The notes beneath the pieces were generated by a model. The model was not told the origin of the DNA. It did not search any database and saw only the letters and a program-made list of their open reading frames with translations. This document shows, one piece after another, positions 55,601 through 63,294 of a stretch of DNA of 64,000 bases (the stretch's first letter is position 1; each line of letters opens with the position of its first letter). The position numbers and the translations under genes are program-made. This DNA is from a virus. The stretch is taken from IMG/VR virus record IMGVR_UViG_3300008117_000025, positions 1-64,000 of that record; one strand, 5' to 3'.

Positions 55601-56815
55601 GCTTGTTCCTTGTGTTCCACTGATACCGCTTGTACCTGTTGTGCCTGAAGTACCAGTTGTACCACTTGTGCCTGATGTACCTGTTGTACCAGAAGTACCA
55701 GTTGTTCCTGAAGTACCTGTTGTGCCGCTTGTTCCCGTAGTACCGCTTGTTCCCGTAGTACCGCTAGTACCTGTTGTACCGCTTGTTCCCGTAGTACCGC
55801 TAGTGCCTGATGTGCCTGTTGTGCCTGAAGTGCCTGTTGTACCGCTCGTGCCTGAGGTACCTGTTGTACCGCTAGTACCTGTTGTACCTGATGTGCCGCT
55901 AGTACCTGTTATACCTGATGTACCTGTTGTGCCGCTTGTACCTGAAGTGCCTGATGTGCCACTTATACCGCTTGTTCCACGAGCACCACTAGTACCTGAT
56001 GTTCCTGTTGTACCTGATGTACCTGTTGTGCCACTTGTGCCGGTTGTACCTGATGTGCCTGTTGTGCCGCTTGAACCTGAGGTGCCGGATGTACCTGTTG
56101 TACCAGAAGTGCCTCTTGATCCACTTGAACCTGAACTTCCAGCAGATCCAGATATACCTGATGTGCCAGAAGAACCATCTGAACCTGAAGTACCGCTTGA
56201 GCCTGTTGTACCTGAAGTACCTGAGGTGCCGCTTGTACCAGTAGTACCAGAAGTGCCTGTTGTGCCTGAAGTACCTGTTGTGCCTGCTGTACCACTTGTA
56301 CCTGCTGTACCTGAAGTACCAGCAGCAGAGCGGGCATATTTTGTTAAAATATCAAGAATATTATATATATCAGCATCAGTGAGCCAACCACCTAATGATC
56401 CTAGTCTTGTTATATCTCCAGTAGGATCTATAAATATTCCTTTAACTTCAGCTGGGTAGTTTTCAACTCCTGTATATTCAGTAGCATTTGCTAGTATTTG
56501 AACATTAGTATCTTCTAAAACACAACAAACTTCAGTTTCAGTTTGAAGAGATATAGAAGCAACTCTATATATTTTCCCATATGCTAGATTCCCTCCTTCA
56601 GCATATAGCATTCCAACTTTCACATCACGTCCATCTATTTGACCATCTGTACTACCAGCTGCTTGGTCAGAATATATAGTAAAACAGCATTGAAAAAGAT
56701 ATGATGCTCCATCAAATATACTCCCAGGATCCGAAAACGTTGGGGTTGTTGGGGAACCAGAACCTGGTTTAAGTAGTGCTCTAATTACTAATGAAGAGTT
56801 AGCTGCAGTGGGCAT
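52691..56815 (-). CDS. Giant Gly-Thr/Ser repeat protein (1374 aa)
   Basis: ~165-aa N-domain, ~1150 aa of G-T/S-T/S, 8-Cys C-terminal tail. Confidence 0.85.
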   Translation of the reverse strand: MPTAANSSLVIRALLKPGSGSPTTPTFSDPGSIFDGASYLFQCCFTIYSDQAAGSTDGQIDGRDVKVGMLYAEGGNLAYGKIYRVASISLQTETEVCCVLEDTNVQILANATEYTGVENYPAEVKGIFIDPTGDITRLGSLGGWLTDADIYNILDILTKYARSAAGTSGTAGTSGTAGTTGTSGTTGTSGTTGTSGTSGTSGTTGSSGTSGSDGSSGTSGISGSAGSSGSSGSRGTSGTTGTSGTSGSSGTTGTSGTTGTSGTTGTSGTTGTSGTSGARGTSGISGTSGTSGTSGTTGTSGITGTSGTSGTTGTSGTTGTSGTSGTTGTSGTTGTSGTSGTTGTSGTTGTSGTTGTSGTTGTSGTTGTSGTTGTSGTTGTSGTSGTTGTSGTTGTSGISGTQGTSGTTGTTGTSGTSGTTGSSGTSGTTGTSGTSGTTGSSGSSGTSGNGTAGTSGTSGTRGSSGTSGETGTSGTSGSGTSGTTGSSGSAGTSGISFGTSGTAGSSGYTYGTSGTTGTSGTSNGTSGTTGTSGTSGNGTAGTSGTSGNGTAGTSGTTGTSGTTGTSGTSGSSGTTGTSGTTGTSGTTGTSGTSGNGTAGTSGTTGTSGSSGTSGTSGNGTAGTSGTSGNGTAGTSGTSGNGTAGTSGTTGTSGTTGTSGTSGTQGTSGTTGTSGTTGSSGTSGLSGTFGTSGSSGTSGETGTSGTAGTSGTTGTSGTSGTSGTSGETGTSGTSGETGTSGTSGETGSSGSAGTSGLSFGTSGTAGSSGYTYGTSGTTGTSGTSNGTSGSSGINGTSGTSGTEGSSGTSGETGTSGSSGSSGLSGVDGEDGSSGTSGEAGSSGSSGSSGSSGSSGSAGTAGSAGSAGSSGTAGSAGSAGSSGSSGSSGSSGTHGTSGSSGSSGVDGSSGSSGTSGSDGTFGTSGSSGVSGSNGTSGISGTNGTSGINGTNGSSGTSGADGTNGTSGTTGTSGTTGSSGTSGISGTNGTSGTSGTSGTRGSSGTSGQTGTSGTSGNGTAGTTGSSGSAGTSGISFGTSGTAGSSGYSFGTSGTTGTSGTSNGTSGTSGITGDAGTSGVSGSSGTSGSSGTSGISGTNGSSGTSGSSGTSGSSGTSGSSGSSGTSGIDGSSGTSGISGSNGTSGSSGTSGIDGSSGTSGTSGSSGTSGSSGTSGTRGSSGTSGNSGSSGTSGTSGSSGTSGSSGTSGANGSSGSSGTGGSSGSTGTSGSAGSAGTSGSGGSSGSSGTSGSSGTSGSTGTSGSSGTTGSSGSSGSSGTSGSTGTSGSTGTSGSSGSSGTSGSSGSSGTSGSSGTSGSSGTSGTSVKLSGTSTTCITLPLEECPIYCSFCVGYTPTSETPGDCCEAEDNYARGCVEGCN
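52850..56330. repeat. GTT/GTS/GSS tripeptide-coding repeat (fibre 2)
   Basis: 9-nt periodicity; includes 3 exact 27-nt copies at 54579-54659. Confidence 0.9.
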
Positions 56816-56823
56816 ACTTTATT

Positions 56824-59800
56824 TTATATTAGGAAGATTATATAGGCTGTTGTTGTATTTGAAGTAACACTAGTTGCTGAACCAATTCCAGTGATAGTAA
56901 ACGTTGGGTAAGTTCCAGATGAATGATCTTGATTAACAGAAGCTAGTGCATTATTTGTAGTATACCCTGATGACATTGCTGTTCTTAGATTTACCTGGTT
57001 TGGAGATCCTGCTGTACCTATTGAAACAACAGAGCAATAATATATAGGAACTGAACGATTTGATATAGGTCTAGTAGCTGAAATTGATGTTGATGAAGCT
57101 ACACTAAATGACCATCCATTAGCTGTTAAGTCTTCTCCATTAGGACCAACAGCGCTAGCTATTGAATTTACAGCTCCTGCAACTATATTTAAAGTAACAA
57201 CATATTTTCCACCTGCAGATGATGTACCAGAAGTACCAGAAGAACCTGTTCCTCCAGTTTGGCCACTAGTTCCTGAAGTACCATTTGAAGTACCTGAGGT
57301 GCCTGTTGTACCGGAAGTACCATATGATAAACCTGATGAGCCTGCTGTACCTGAAGTACCGAATGATAGGCCTGAAGTACCAGATGAGCCAGTTTCTCCC
57401 GATGTTCCACTAGAGCCTGAGGTACCTGTTGATCCACTTGTTCCACTTGAACCACTTGAGCCATTAACACCACTTGTACCGCTTGAACCGGTTGTACCGC
57501 TTGATCCGCTTGTGCCTGTAGATCCACTAGTACCACTTGAACCGCTTGTTCCGTTTGAACCATTTTGACCAGATGTACCACTTGAACCAGTTGTACCGCT
57601 TGAGCCGCTTGTACCAGTAGAGCCACTTGTTCCACTTGAACCGCTAGTACCATTTGAACCACTTTGGCCAGATGTACCACTAGAGCCAGCTGTACCACTT
57701 GAGCCACTTGTGCCTGTAGAGCCTGATGTTCCGCTTGATCCACTTGATCCGCTTGTACCTGTAGAACCTGATGTGCCGCTTGAACCGCTTGATCCGCTTG
57801 TGCCACTTGATCCGTCTATACCTGAAGTACCACTTGAGCCTGAAGTACCACTAGAGCCTCTTGTGCCGCTTGAACCGCTTGAGCCACTAGTACCGCTTGA
57901 TCCACTAGTACCGCTTGATCCGCTTGTACCACTTGATCCACTTGATCCGCTTGATCCAGAAGTACCACTTGAACCACTTGATCCAGAAGTACCACTTGAA
58001 CCACTTGAACCATCTACTCCGCTAGTACCAGATGAGCCAGATGTACCAGTAGAGCCACTAGTGCCACTAGTTCCAGATGAACCTGAACTACCAGTTTCGC
58101 CACTAGTTCCTGAAGAACCCGAACTACCAGTTTCACCACTTGTACCAGATGAACCTGAAGTGCCAGTTGATCCACTAGTTCCTGAAGAACCCGAACTACC
58201 AGTTTCGCCGCTAGTTCCAGATGAACCATTTGTTCCATTTTCGCCACTTGTACCACTTGAACCACTTGATCCAGTTTCACCACTTGTACCTGATGAACCT
58301 CTTGTACCACTAGTTCCACTTGTACCTGATGAACCTCTTGTACCACTAGTTCCTGAAGAACCGGATGTACCTGAACTACCATCTACTCCACTTGTTCCTG
58401 AAGAGCCGTTTGTTCCTGAAACTCCAGAGGTGCCACTTGAACCTGAAGTACCGCTTGAGCCTGTTGTACCGCTAGTACCTGTTGTACCTGATGTACCGTT
58501 TGATGTACCTGAAGTACCTGTTGTACCTGAAGTACCGTATGAAAAGCCTGATGAACCTGCTGTACCTGATGTACCGAATGATATACCTGAGGTACCTGCG
58601 GAGCCGGATGAGCCGGTTGTTCCTGCTGTACCATCATTACCTGAAGTACCGCTTGAGCCAGTTACTCCACTTGTTCCTGATGAACCTCTTGTACCTGATG
58701 TACCTGAGGTGCCTGATGAGCCTGAAGTGCCGGATGAGCCTGAAGTACCAGATGAGCCGTTTGTTCCAGTTATACCACTTGTTCCAGATGAACCCCGTGT
58801 TCCACTTGAACCGGATGTACCAGATGAGCCTCTTGTACCGCTAGTTCCTGATGTACCAGATGAGCCTCTTGTACCGCTAGTTCCTGATGAACCGGATGTG
58901 CCACTTGAACCAGATGAACCACTAGTACCGGATGATCCTCTAGTACCGGATGAACCGCTTGTACCGGATGACCCTCTAGTACCGGATGTACCACTTGTAC
59001 CGCTTGAACCTGAAGTGCCAGCGCTACCACTAGTACCGGATGAACCTCTTGTACCACTAGTTCCTGATGAACCGGATGTGCCACTTGTTCCTGAAGTGCC
59101 AGATGTACCAACACTTCCGCTTGTTCCAGAAGAACCACTAGTTCCTGAAGAACCGGATGTGCCTGCACTTCCACTTGTACCTGAGCTGCCATTTGTACCT
59201 GATTCTCCAGAAGTACCAGATGATCCATTTGTCCCGGATATACCTGATGTGCCTGATGAGCCGTTGCTTCCAGATACACCTGATGTGCCTGAACTACCAC
59301 TTGTTCCTGAAGATCCGCTAGAACCTGATGTACCACTTGACCCTGAAGAGCCTGATGTACCTGATGAGCCACTAGAACCAGATGATCCTCTAGTGCCAGA
59401 TGAACCGGAAGAACCAGCTGAACCACTAGTACCAGAAGTACCAGCTGAGCCGGAAGTACCAGCGGTTCCAGATGAACCACTTGTGCCAGCAGACCCACTT
59501 GTTCCACTTGAACCTGATGTTCCTGAGGTGCCACCAGTGCCTGATGAACCTGAGGTGCCGCTTGAACCAGAAGAACCATTAGCACCAGAGGTGCCACTAG
59601 AGCCAGCAGTACCACTAGTACCAGAAGTATTAGTGGTAGTGGTTCTATAATATAATTGCTTAGACGTCGTATCGAATACAACGTAATTTGTTAATGCGTT
59701 TTCAGTTAGGGTTGCTTTTACACTTCCTGTAATGTCTACAGAACCTGTCATTTTAAATGACCCACTAACACTTAATAAGTTGCCAATTATAGCTGTGCTT

Positions 59801-60078
59801 CCAGATAGATAACTTGCACTAACTGCTGTTATTGCATTATTAGCCCAGCTTGAAGTACCATATAAAGAGCCAGTTAAATTATTAAGAACAGCACGACCAT
59901 CAACTGTAAAAAATCCAAGTACAGAGGTAGATCCAGTAATATTAATATTACTACCAGACATGTTAGTAAGAAGGTAGACAAAATTACCATCACCTTCAGG
60001 CCATGTTAACTCTGAGCCTTTTATGGCTATAGTGTTTCCCGCGTTGGCCGCAGAACTTATACGCAGTATTAATCCCAT
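56824..60078 (-). CDS. Giant Gly-Ser/Thr repeat fibre protein (1084 aa)
   Basis: N-terminal LR...KGSELT..E.DGNF anchor-like motif, GSLYGTSSWA repeats, ~800 aa GSS/GTS, beta-rich C-domain. Confidence 0.85.
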   Translation of the reverse strand: MGLILRISSAANAGNTIAIKGSELTWPEGDGNFVYLLTNMSGSNINITGSTSVLGFFTVDGRAVLNNLTGSLYGTSSWANNAITAVSASYLSGSTAIIGNLLSVSGSFKMTGSVDITGSVKATLTENALTNYVVFDTTSKQLYYRTTTTNTSGTSGTAGSSGTSGANGSSGSSGTSGSSGTGGTSGTSGSSGTSGSAGTSGSSGTAGTSGSAGTSGTSGSAGSSGSSGTRGSSGSSGSSGTSGSSGSSGTSGSSGSSGTSGSSGTSGVSGSNGSSGTSGISGTNGSSGTSGESGTNGSSGTSGSAGTSGSSGTSGSSGTSGSVGTSGTSGTSGTSGSSGTSGTRGSSGTSGSAGTSGSSGTSGTSGTRGSSGTSGSSGTRGSSGTSGSSGSSGTSGSSGTSGTRGSSGTSGTSGTRGSSGTSGSSGTRGSSGTSGITGTNGSSGTSGSSGTSGSSGTSGTSGTRGSSGTSGVTGSSGTSGNDGTAGTTGSSGSAGTSGISFGTSGTAGSSGFSYGTSGTTGTSGTSNGTSGTTGTSGTTGSSGTSGSSGTSGVSGTNGSSGTSGVDGSSGTSGSSGTSGTRGSSGTSGTSGTRGSSGTSGETGSSGSSGTSGENGTNGSSGTSGETGSSGSSGTSGSTGTSGSSGTSGETGSSGSSGTSGETGSSGSSGTSGTSGSTGTSGSSGTSGVDGSSGSSGTSGSSGSSGTSGSSGSSGSSGTSGSSGTSGSSGTSGSSGSSGTRGSSGTSGSSGTSGIDGSSGTSGSSGSSGTSGSTGTSGSSGSSGTSGSTGTSGSSGTAGSSGTSGQSGSNGTSGSSGTSGSTGTSGSSGTTGSSGTSGQNGSNGTSGSSGTSGSTGTSGSSGTTGSSGTSGVNGSSGSSGTSGSTGTSGSSGTSGETGSSGTSGLSFGTSGTAGSSGLSYGTSGTTGTSGTSNGTSGTSGQTGGTGSSGTSGTSSAGGKYVVTLNIVAGAVNSIASAVGPNGEDLTANGWSFSVASSTSISATRPISNRSVPIYYCSVVSIGTAGSPNQVNLRTAMSSGYTTNNALASVNQDHSSGTYPTFTITGIGSATSVTSNTTTAYIIFLI
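57210..59630. repeat. GSS/GTS tripeptide-coding repeat (fibre 3)
   Basis: 9-nt periodicity. Confidence 0.9.
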
Positions 60079-60129
60079 GAAAATATATATTTACTACATA
60101 TAAATATACATCTCTATGGGCAGCTTTAT

Positions 60130-60663
60130 TTATAGTGAACTTCTTTGTTTGTCATTTTGCCACTGACCATTATACTTTTCAGCAGTATTACATTCATGAA
60201 AATAGATTTGTGCTACTCTAGCATCTTTTTCAATGAATATTGTTTCATAAACATAAAGTAATGTACCCATATTTTGGGTTTCAAAACCAGGATCAAATAC
60301 AGGACTATTAATAATTGCTCCATTACGGTAAAGAGATGAGCGTTGTTTAATAAATGCTACTCTATTATCTGGGATTTTACATCCTTCATGGAATGTAATA
60401 TCATATACACCTTCATAAAGTAGCCATCCATTTACTCCATCTAGATTAATAGATTCGAGGGGGGTATAGGTAGTTAGTTCGGTTTTATCTTTAAGTACCT
60501 TACCAATTTTACTGTTATTAGATAAATTATAGGCACCACCTATTTTATTACCTATTTTCTGTACTGCTTTAAGACTAAGATCATAACCAACTTGTGCTGG
60601 TTTACCTTGTGTTGTTTCTAGAAGGAGTAAACCTTCATCTACTATTTGTTTTACGTTTAACAT
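60130..60663 (-). CDS. dCTP deaminase / dUTPase family protein
   Basis: GYDL, RSSL.R.G, FDPGF, RVAQIYF motifs. Confidence 0.8.
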   Translation of the reverse strand: MLNVKQIVDEGLLLLETTQGKPAQVGYDLSLKAVQKIGNKIGGAYNLSNNSKIGKVLKDKTELTTYTPLESINLDGVNGWLLYEGVYDITFHEGCKIPDNRVAFIKQRSSLYRNGAIINSPVFDPGFETQNMGTLLYVYETIFIEKDARVAQIYFHECNTAEKYNGQWQNDKQRSSL

Positions 60664-60675
60664 ATTATAAATGTA

Positions 60676-60846
60676 TTAAAGTTCTTCTACAATTCCAAGT
60701 ATTTCGGCTCCAATTAACAAACCACCAGCAGCATTAAAATACCATTGATCAGCATACATTAATGCTAATCCAGCTAGTATTCTAACTACTGATTTAATTA
60801 TACTAATTCTAAAATGCCAATTTGTTTTACTTTCCTTTTGTTGCAT
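60676..60846 (-). CDS. Small membrane protein (56 aa, missing from ORF track)
   Basis: Manual translation ...HFRISIIKSVVRILAG...AEILGIVEEL. Confidence 0.65.
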   Translation of the reverse strand: MQQKESKTNWHFRISIIKSVVRILAGLALMYADQWYFNAAGGLLIGAEILGIVEEL

Positions 60847-61234
60847 AATCTGCTGTTGTTTGTGAGTCTTTTTGTTCCCATGGATATACTATCCACTTAT
60901 CTCTAGGGGCTAAACTATAATAGAAATCGGGTTTAACGATTGCTGCTTGTTTATAATGGATGGTTGCTGTAGTGAAGAATTGATGGTGTTCCTTGAGTGT
61001 TTCTCCTGAATCACATATATCATCTACAACTAGGATATTTTCATAATCACCGAAGTCATTATGAGAATCAACATAAGGTAATCCCAGCTTATGAGAGAGT
61101 AGCACAGCGGGGATTAATCCTCCCCTAGGTAAACCAGTGATAGCCTCTATAGATTCATCACTTTGTTTAATTTGATGTGCTAGACTCTCAACAGCAGCCT
61201 CAATATCTTTCCAATCTAAATATATCTTATCCAT
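60827..61234 (-). CDS. Type I phosphoribosyltransferase (purine PRT-like)
   Basis: GLPRGGLIPA, ILVVDDICDSGETL (PRPP-binding), IVYPWE. Confidence 0.9.
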   Translation of the reverse strand: MDKIYLDWKDIEAAVESLAHQIKQSDESIEAITGLPRGGLIPAVLLSHKLGLPYVDSHNDFGDYENILVVDDICDSGETLKEHHQFFTTATIHYKQAAIVKPDFYYSLAPRDKWIVYPWEQKDSQTTADYATKGK

Positions 61235-61869
61235 TATTTAAATTTAGCTCCGTTTACTTCAATTGCATGAAGGAATTCTTCACGAATCAAATTATCCTTT
61301 TCCATAAACACACCACTGAATTTATTTGTAGTCATTACAGATGGATGTTTAATTCCACGATGTGAGCAACAAGTGTGTTTACAAGCAATACTAACTGCTA
61401 CTGATGGGCAATCCATTTTAGTTGCAAGATAATCGTGAATTTGTTGAGTAAGTGATTCTTGCATTTGTGGTCTACGAGAGAACCATTCTACAATACGATT
61501 CAATTTACTTAATCCAATTACATTTTCACCTGGTACATATGCTACAGTTGCATATCCTGTAAATGCAAGATTATGATGTGCACACATACTAACGATAGGA
61601 ATACCTGATTGGATTACTAGTCCATCATATCCATCATCGTTAGGAAATACTGTAATGTTAGGTTCATCTGTGATTGATCCTACAATAAGATCTTTCAGCC
61701 ATGCTTTAGCTACACGACGAGGTGTATCTTCAGTTTGTCTATCTGCTTTATAATCAAATCCTACTGCGTTAAGGAATTCGCCGTATGCTACAGCTGCTTT
61801 TTCAATCATTTGCTCTACTTCTTCTGGTGTGCGAGCTAAACTACCATTTGATTTAGTTAGTAACTTCAT
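61234..61869 (-). CDS. folE: GTP cyclohydrolase I
   Basis: TPRRVAK, SMCAHH, GLSKLNR, RRPQMQE, HTCCSHRG. Confidence 0.95.
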   Translation of the reverse strand: MKLLTKSNGSLARTPEEVEQMIEKAAVAYGEFLNAVGFDYKADRQTEDTPRRVAKAWLKDLIVGSITDEPNITVFPNDDGYDGLVIQSGIPIVSMCAHHNLAFTGYATVAYVPGENVIGLSKLNRIVEWFSRRPQMQESLTQQIHDYLATKMDCPSVAVSIACKHTCCSHRGIKHPSVMTTNKFSGVFMEKDNLIREEFLHAIEVNGAKFK

Positions 61870-62020
61870 TGTTTATTAATTGTGGATTTGTTTCTAAAAT
61901 ATTTGCTATTGAATGTACGATCTCTTCTGGTCCAAATGAAGTTTTCCAGTCACAGTCTTCTGTTACCTGGTCTACCCATTGCATGTAGAGTTTATATAGT
62001 TCGTCTCTGTTGATTTGCAT
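61853..62020 (-). CDS. Hypothetical 55-aa protein
   Basis: Manual translation MQINRDELYKLYMQWVDQVTEDCDWK... Confidence 0.6.
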   Translation of the reverse strand: MQINRDELYKLYMQWVDQVTEDCDWKTSFGPEEIVHSIANILETNPQLINNEVTN

Positions 62021-62021
62021 G

Positions 62022-62192
62022 TTATACGTTTAATGTTTTTGATTTTACTCCAGAACGAATAGTTGCATCAATGGAATATTTTTTAAGTATTTCAGCTACC
62101 AATCTACAATCTTCACTTTTAGTAAATTCATTCATGTTATCGACTGTGGTTTCAAGTTCTATCCAGAATTTTACCTCTATACTATTTTCCAT
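62022..62192 (-). CDS. Hypothetical 56-aa protein
   Basis: Manual translation MENSIEVKFWIELE...SKTLNV. Confidence 0.5.
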   Translation of the reverse strand: MENSIEVKFWIELETTVDNMNEFTKSEDCRLVAEILKKYSIDATIRSGVKSKTLNV

Positions 62193-62295
62193 CTTTATCT
62201 ATTTTATTAGCCCATTTAATAGCTAGCCATAGCATACCTAAAGGTATACCTGCAGCTACTATTATACCTAATATTAGATTAATTATATTATACAT
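62182..62295 (-). CDS. Small TM peptide (37 aa)
   Basis: Manual translation MYNIINLILGIIVAAGIPLGMLWLAIKWANKIDKDGK. Confidence 0.5.
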   Translation of the reverse strand: MYNIINLILGIIVAAGIPLGMLWLAIKWANKIDKDGK

Positions 62296-63124
62296 TAAGT
62301 GTTTTATTCCACGCAGCAATATGAAGACGAGTCAATCCACGGAAACGATATTTCTTAGCCATTTCTAAACAGAATTGAGTACGCTCTTCAAAATCTCTAA
62401 CATCATCCAACCCAGGCATACAAACTACATTCTTAAGAGGTATATTAAGCGGTTTAACGAAATCTTCAAATATTTCCTTAATATCGTCTTCAGTACTAAT
62501 AACGAATTTGAACTGGTAGTTTTTATGTTCCATAATGCGTTTAAGAGCGGCTTCGCTAAAGCGCTGAGATTTACTCATGCCTGAATTGGCTAGTTTAGGT
62601 GAGCAGTTGATTTGATCAAGCATCACAAATAGCTTATCATCAATATAGACTGTACCATTAGTTTCAATTTCATAGTATGGCTTGACGGTATTGTCAAGGT
62701 GCCTTGCAAGCCAATAATTAGTAAAATTAGTGATTGCTTGTTGATGACCTTTGATTGTTGGTTCACCACCAGTCCAGATAATATGAACATCACCATTCAA
62801 AATATCATCATATACACCTTCTTCTTTCCAACGATTAATCAAATAATCAAATTCTTTATCTTCACCTCTCCACAACCACTGGCTTGTAGAATCACAAGTC
62901 CAAGTTGCTTTACCTGTTGCATGTAAGTCACCTGTGAAGATTTCTCCGTCTTCTAGTTCTTGGTCTTTAGCGAGTTGATTTGTAAATGCTCTACTCATAC
63001 CGCAAGTTAGGTTACAAATACCTAAACGAACAAAGTAGGAGGGCACTCCCGAGGAGATACCCTCACCTTGGACAGAGTAGAAGTCACTAGATATTAATAA
63101 TTTGTTTGGATCGATTTTGCTCAT
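62288..63124 (-). CDS. queE: 7-carboxy-7-deazaguanine synthase (radical SAM)
   Basis: FYSVQGEG, FVRLGICNLTC...CDS, TGGEP, IETNGT, CSPKL; start set at MSKIDP. Confidence 0.9.
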   Translation of the reverse strand: MSKIDPNKLLISSDFYSVQGEGISSGVPSYFVRLGICNLTCGMSRAFTNQLAKDQELEDGEIFTGDLHATGKATWTCDSTSQWLWRGEDKEFDYLINRWKEEGVYDDILNGDVHIIWTGGEPTIKGHQQAITNFTNYWLARHLDNTVKPYYEIETNGTVYIDDKLFVMLDQINCSPKLANSGMSKSQRFSEAALKRIMEHKNYQFKFVISTEDDIKEIFEDFVKPLNIPLKNVVCMPGLDDVRDFEERTQFCLEMAKKYRFRGLTRLHIAAWNKTLNV

Positions 63125-63243
63125 TTCAATAATGTTTTTATATAAGTAAAGATAAGACCAATATTTGGCCACTCAGTTATTGCTAGAAGACTAAGGTGTT
63201 TTTCACCACATAGTCCTAATGTATGTTCTATAACGTGTATCAT
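63121..63243 (-). CDS. Small hypothetical protein (40 aa)
   Basis: Manual translation MIHVIEHTLGLCGEKHLSLL...; TGA overlaps the queE ATG. Confidence 0.45.
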   Translation of the reverse strand: MIHVIEHTLGLCGEKHLSLLAITEWPNIGLIFTYIKTLLK

Positions 63244-63254
63244 AATCAAAAATT

Positions 63255-63284
63255 AAAAAAGGTCCCAACCGAAGTTGGGACCTT
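63255..63284 (-). terminator. Intrinsic terminator, UUCG tetraloop
   Basis: AAGGTCCCAAC-TTCG-GTTGGGACCTT followed by TTTT. Confidence 0.9.
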
Positions 63285-63294
63285 AGGGGTGAAA

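Noticed and set aside
45590-59630. Tandem repeats as a possible CRISPR array or satellite
   Set aside because: The 9-nt degenerate periodicity follows codons in an open frame; there are no identical repeats separated by unique spacers and no cas1/cas2
45319-59681. Many long Pro/Leu/Val/Glu-rich plus-strand ORFs (up to 846 aa) and Gln/Val/Ala-rich alternative-frame minus ORFs
   Set aside because: These are shadow frames of the GSS/GTS repeat, which contains few stop codons in other frames; they have no start context or domain content
62022-62310. Shared C-terminal KTLNV in QueE and a nearby 56-aa ORF
   Set aside because: Only 5 residues with no further similarity; probably coincidence
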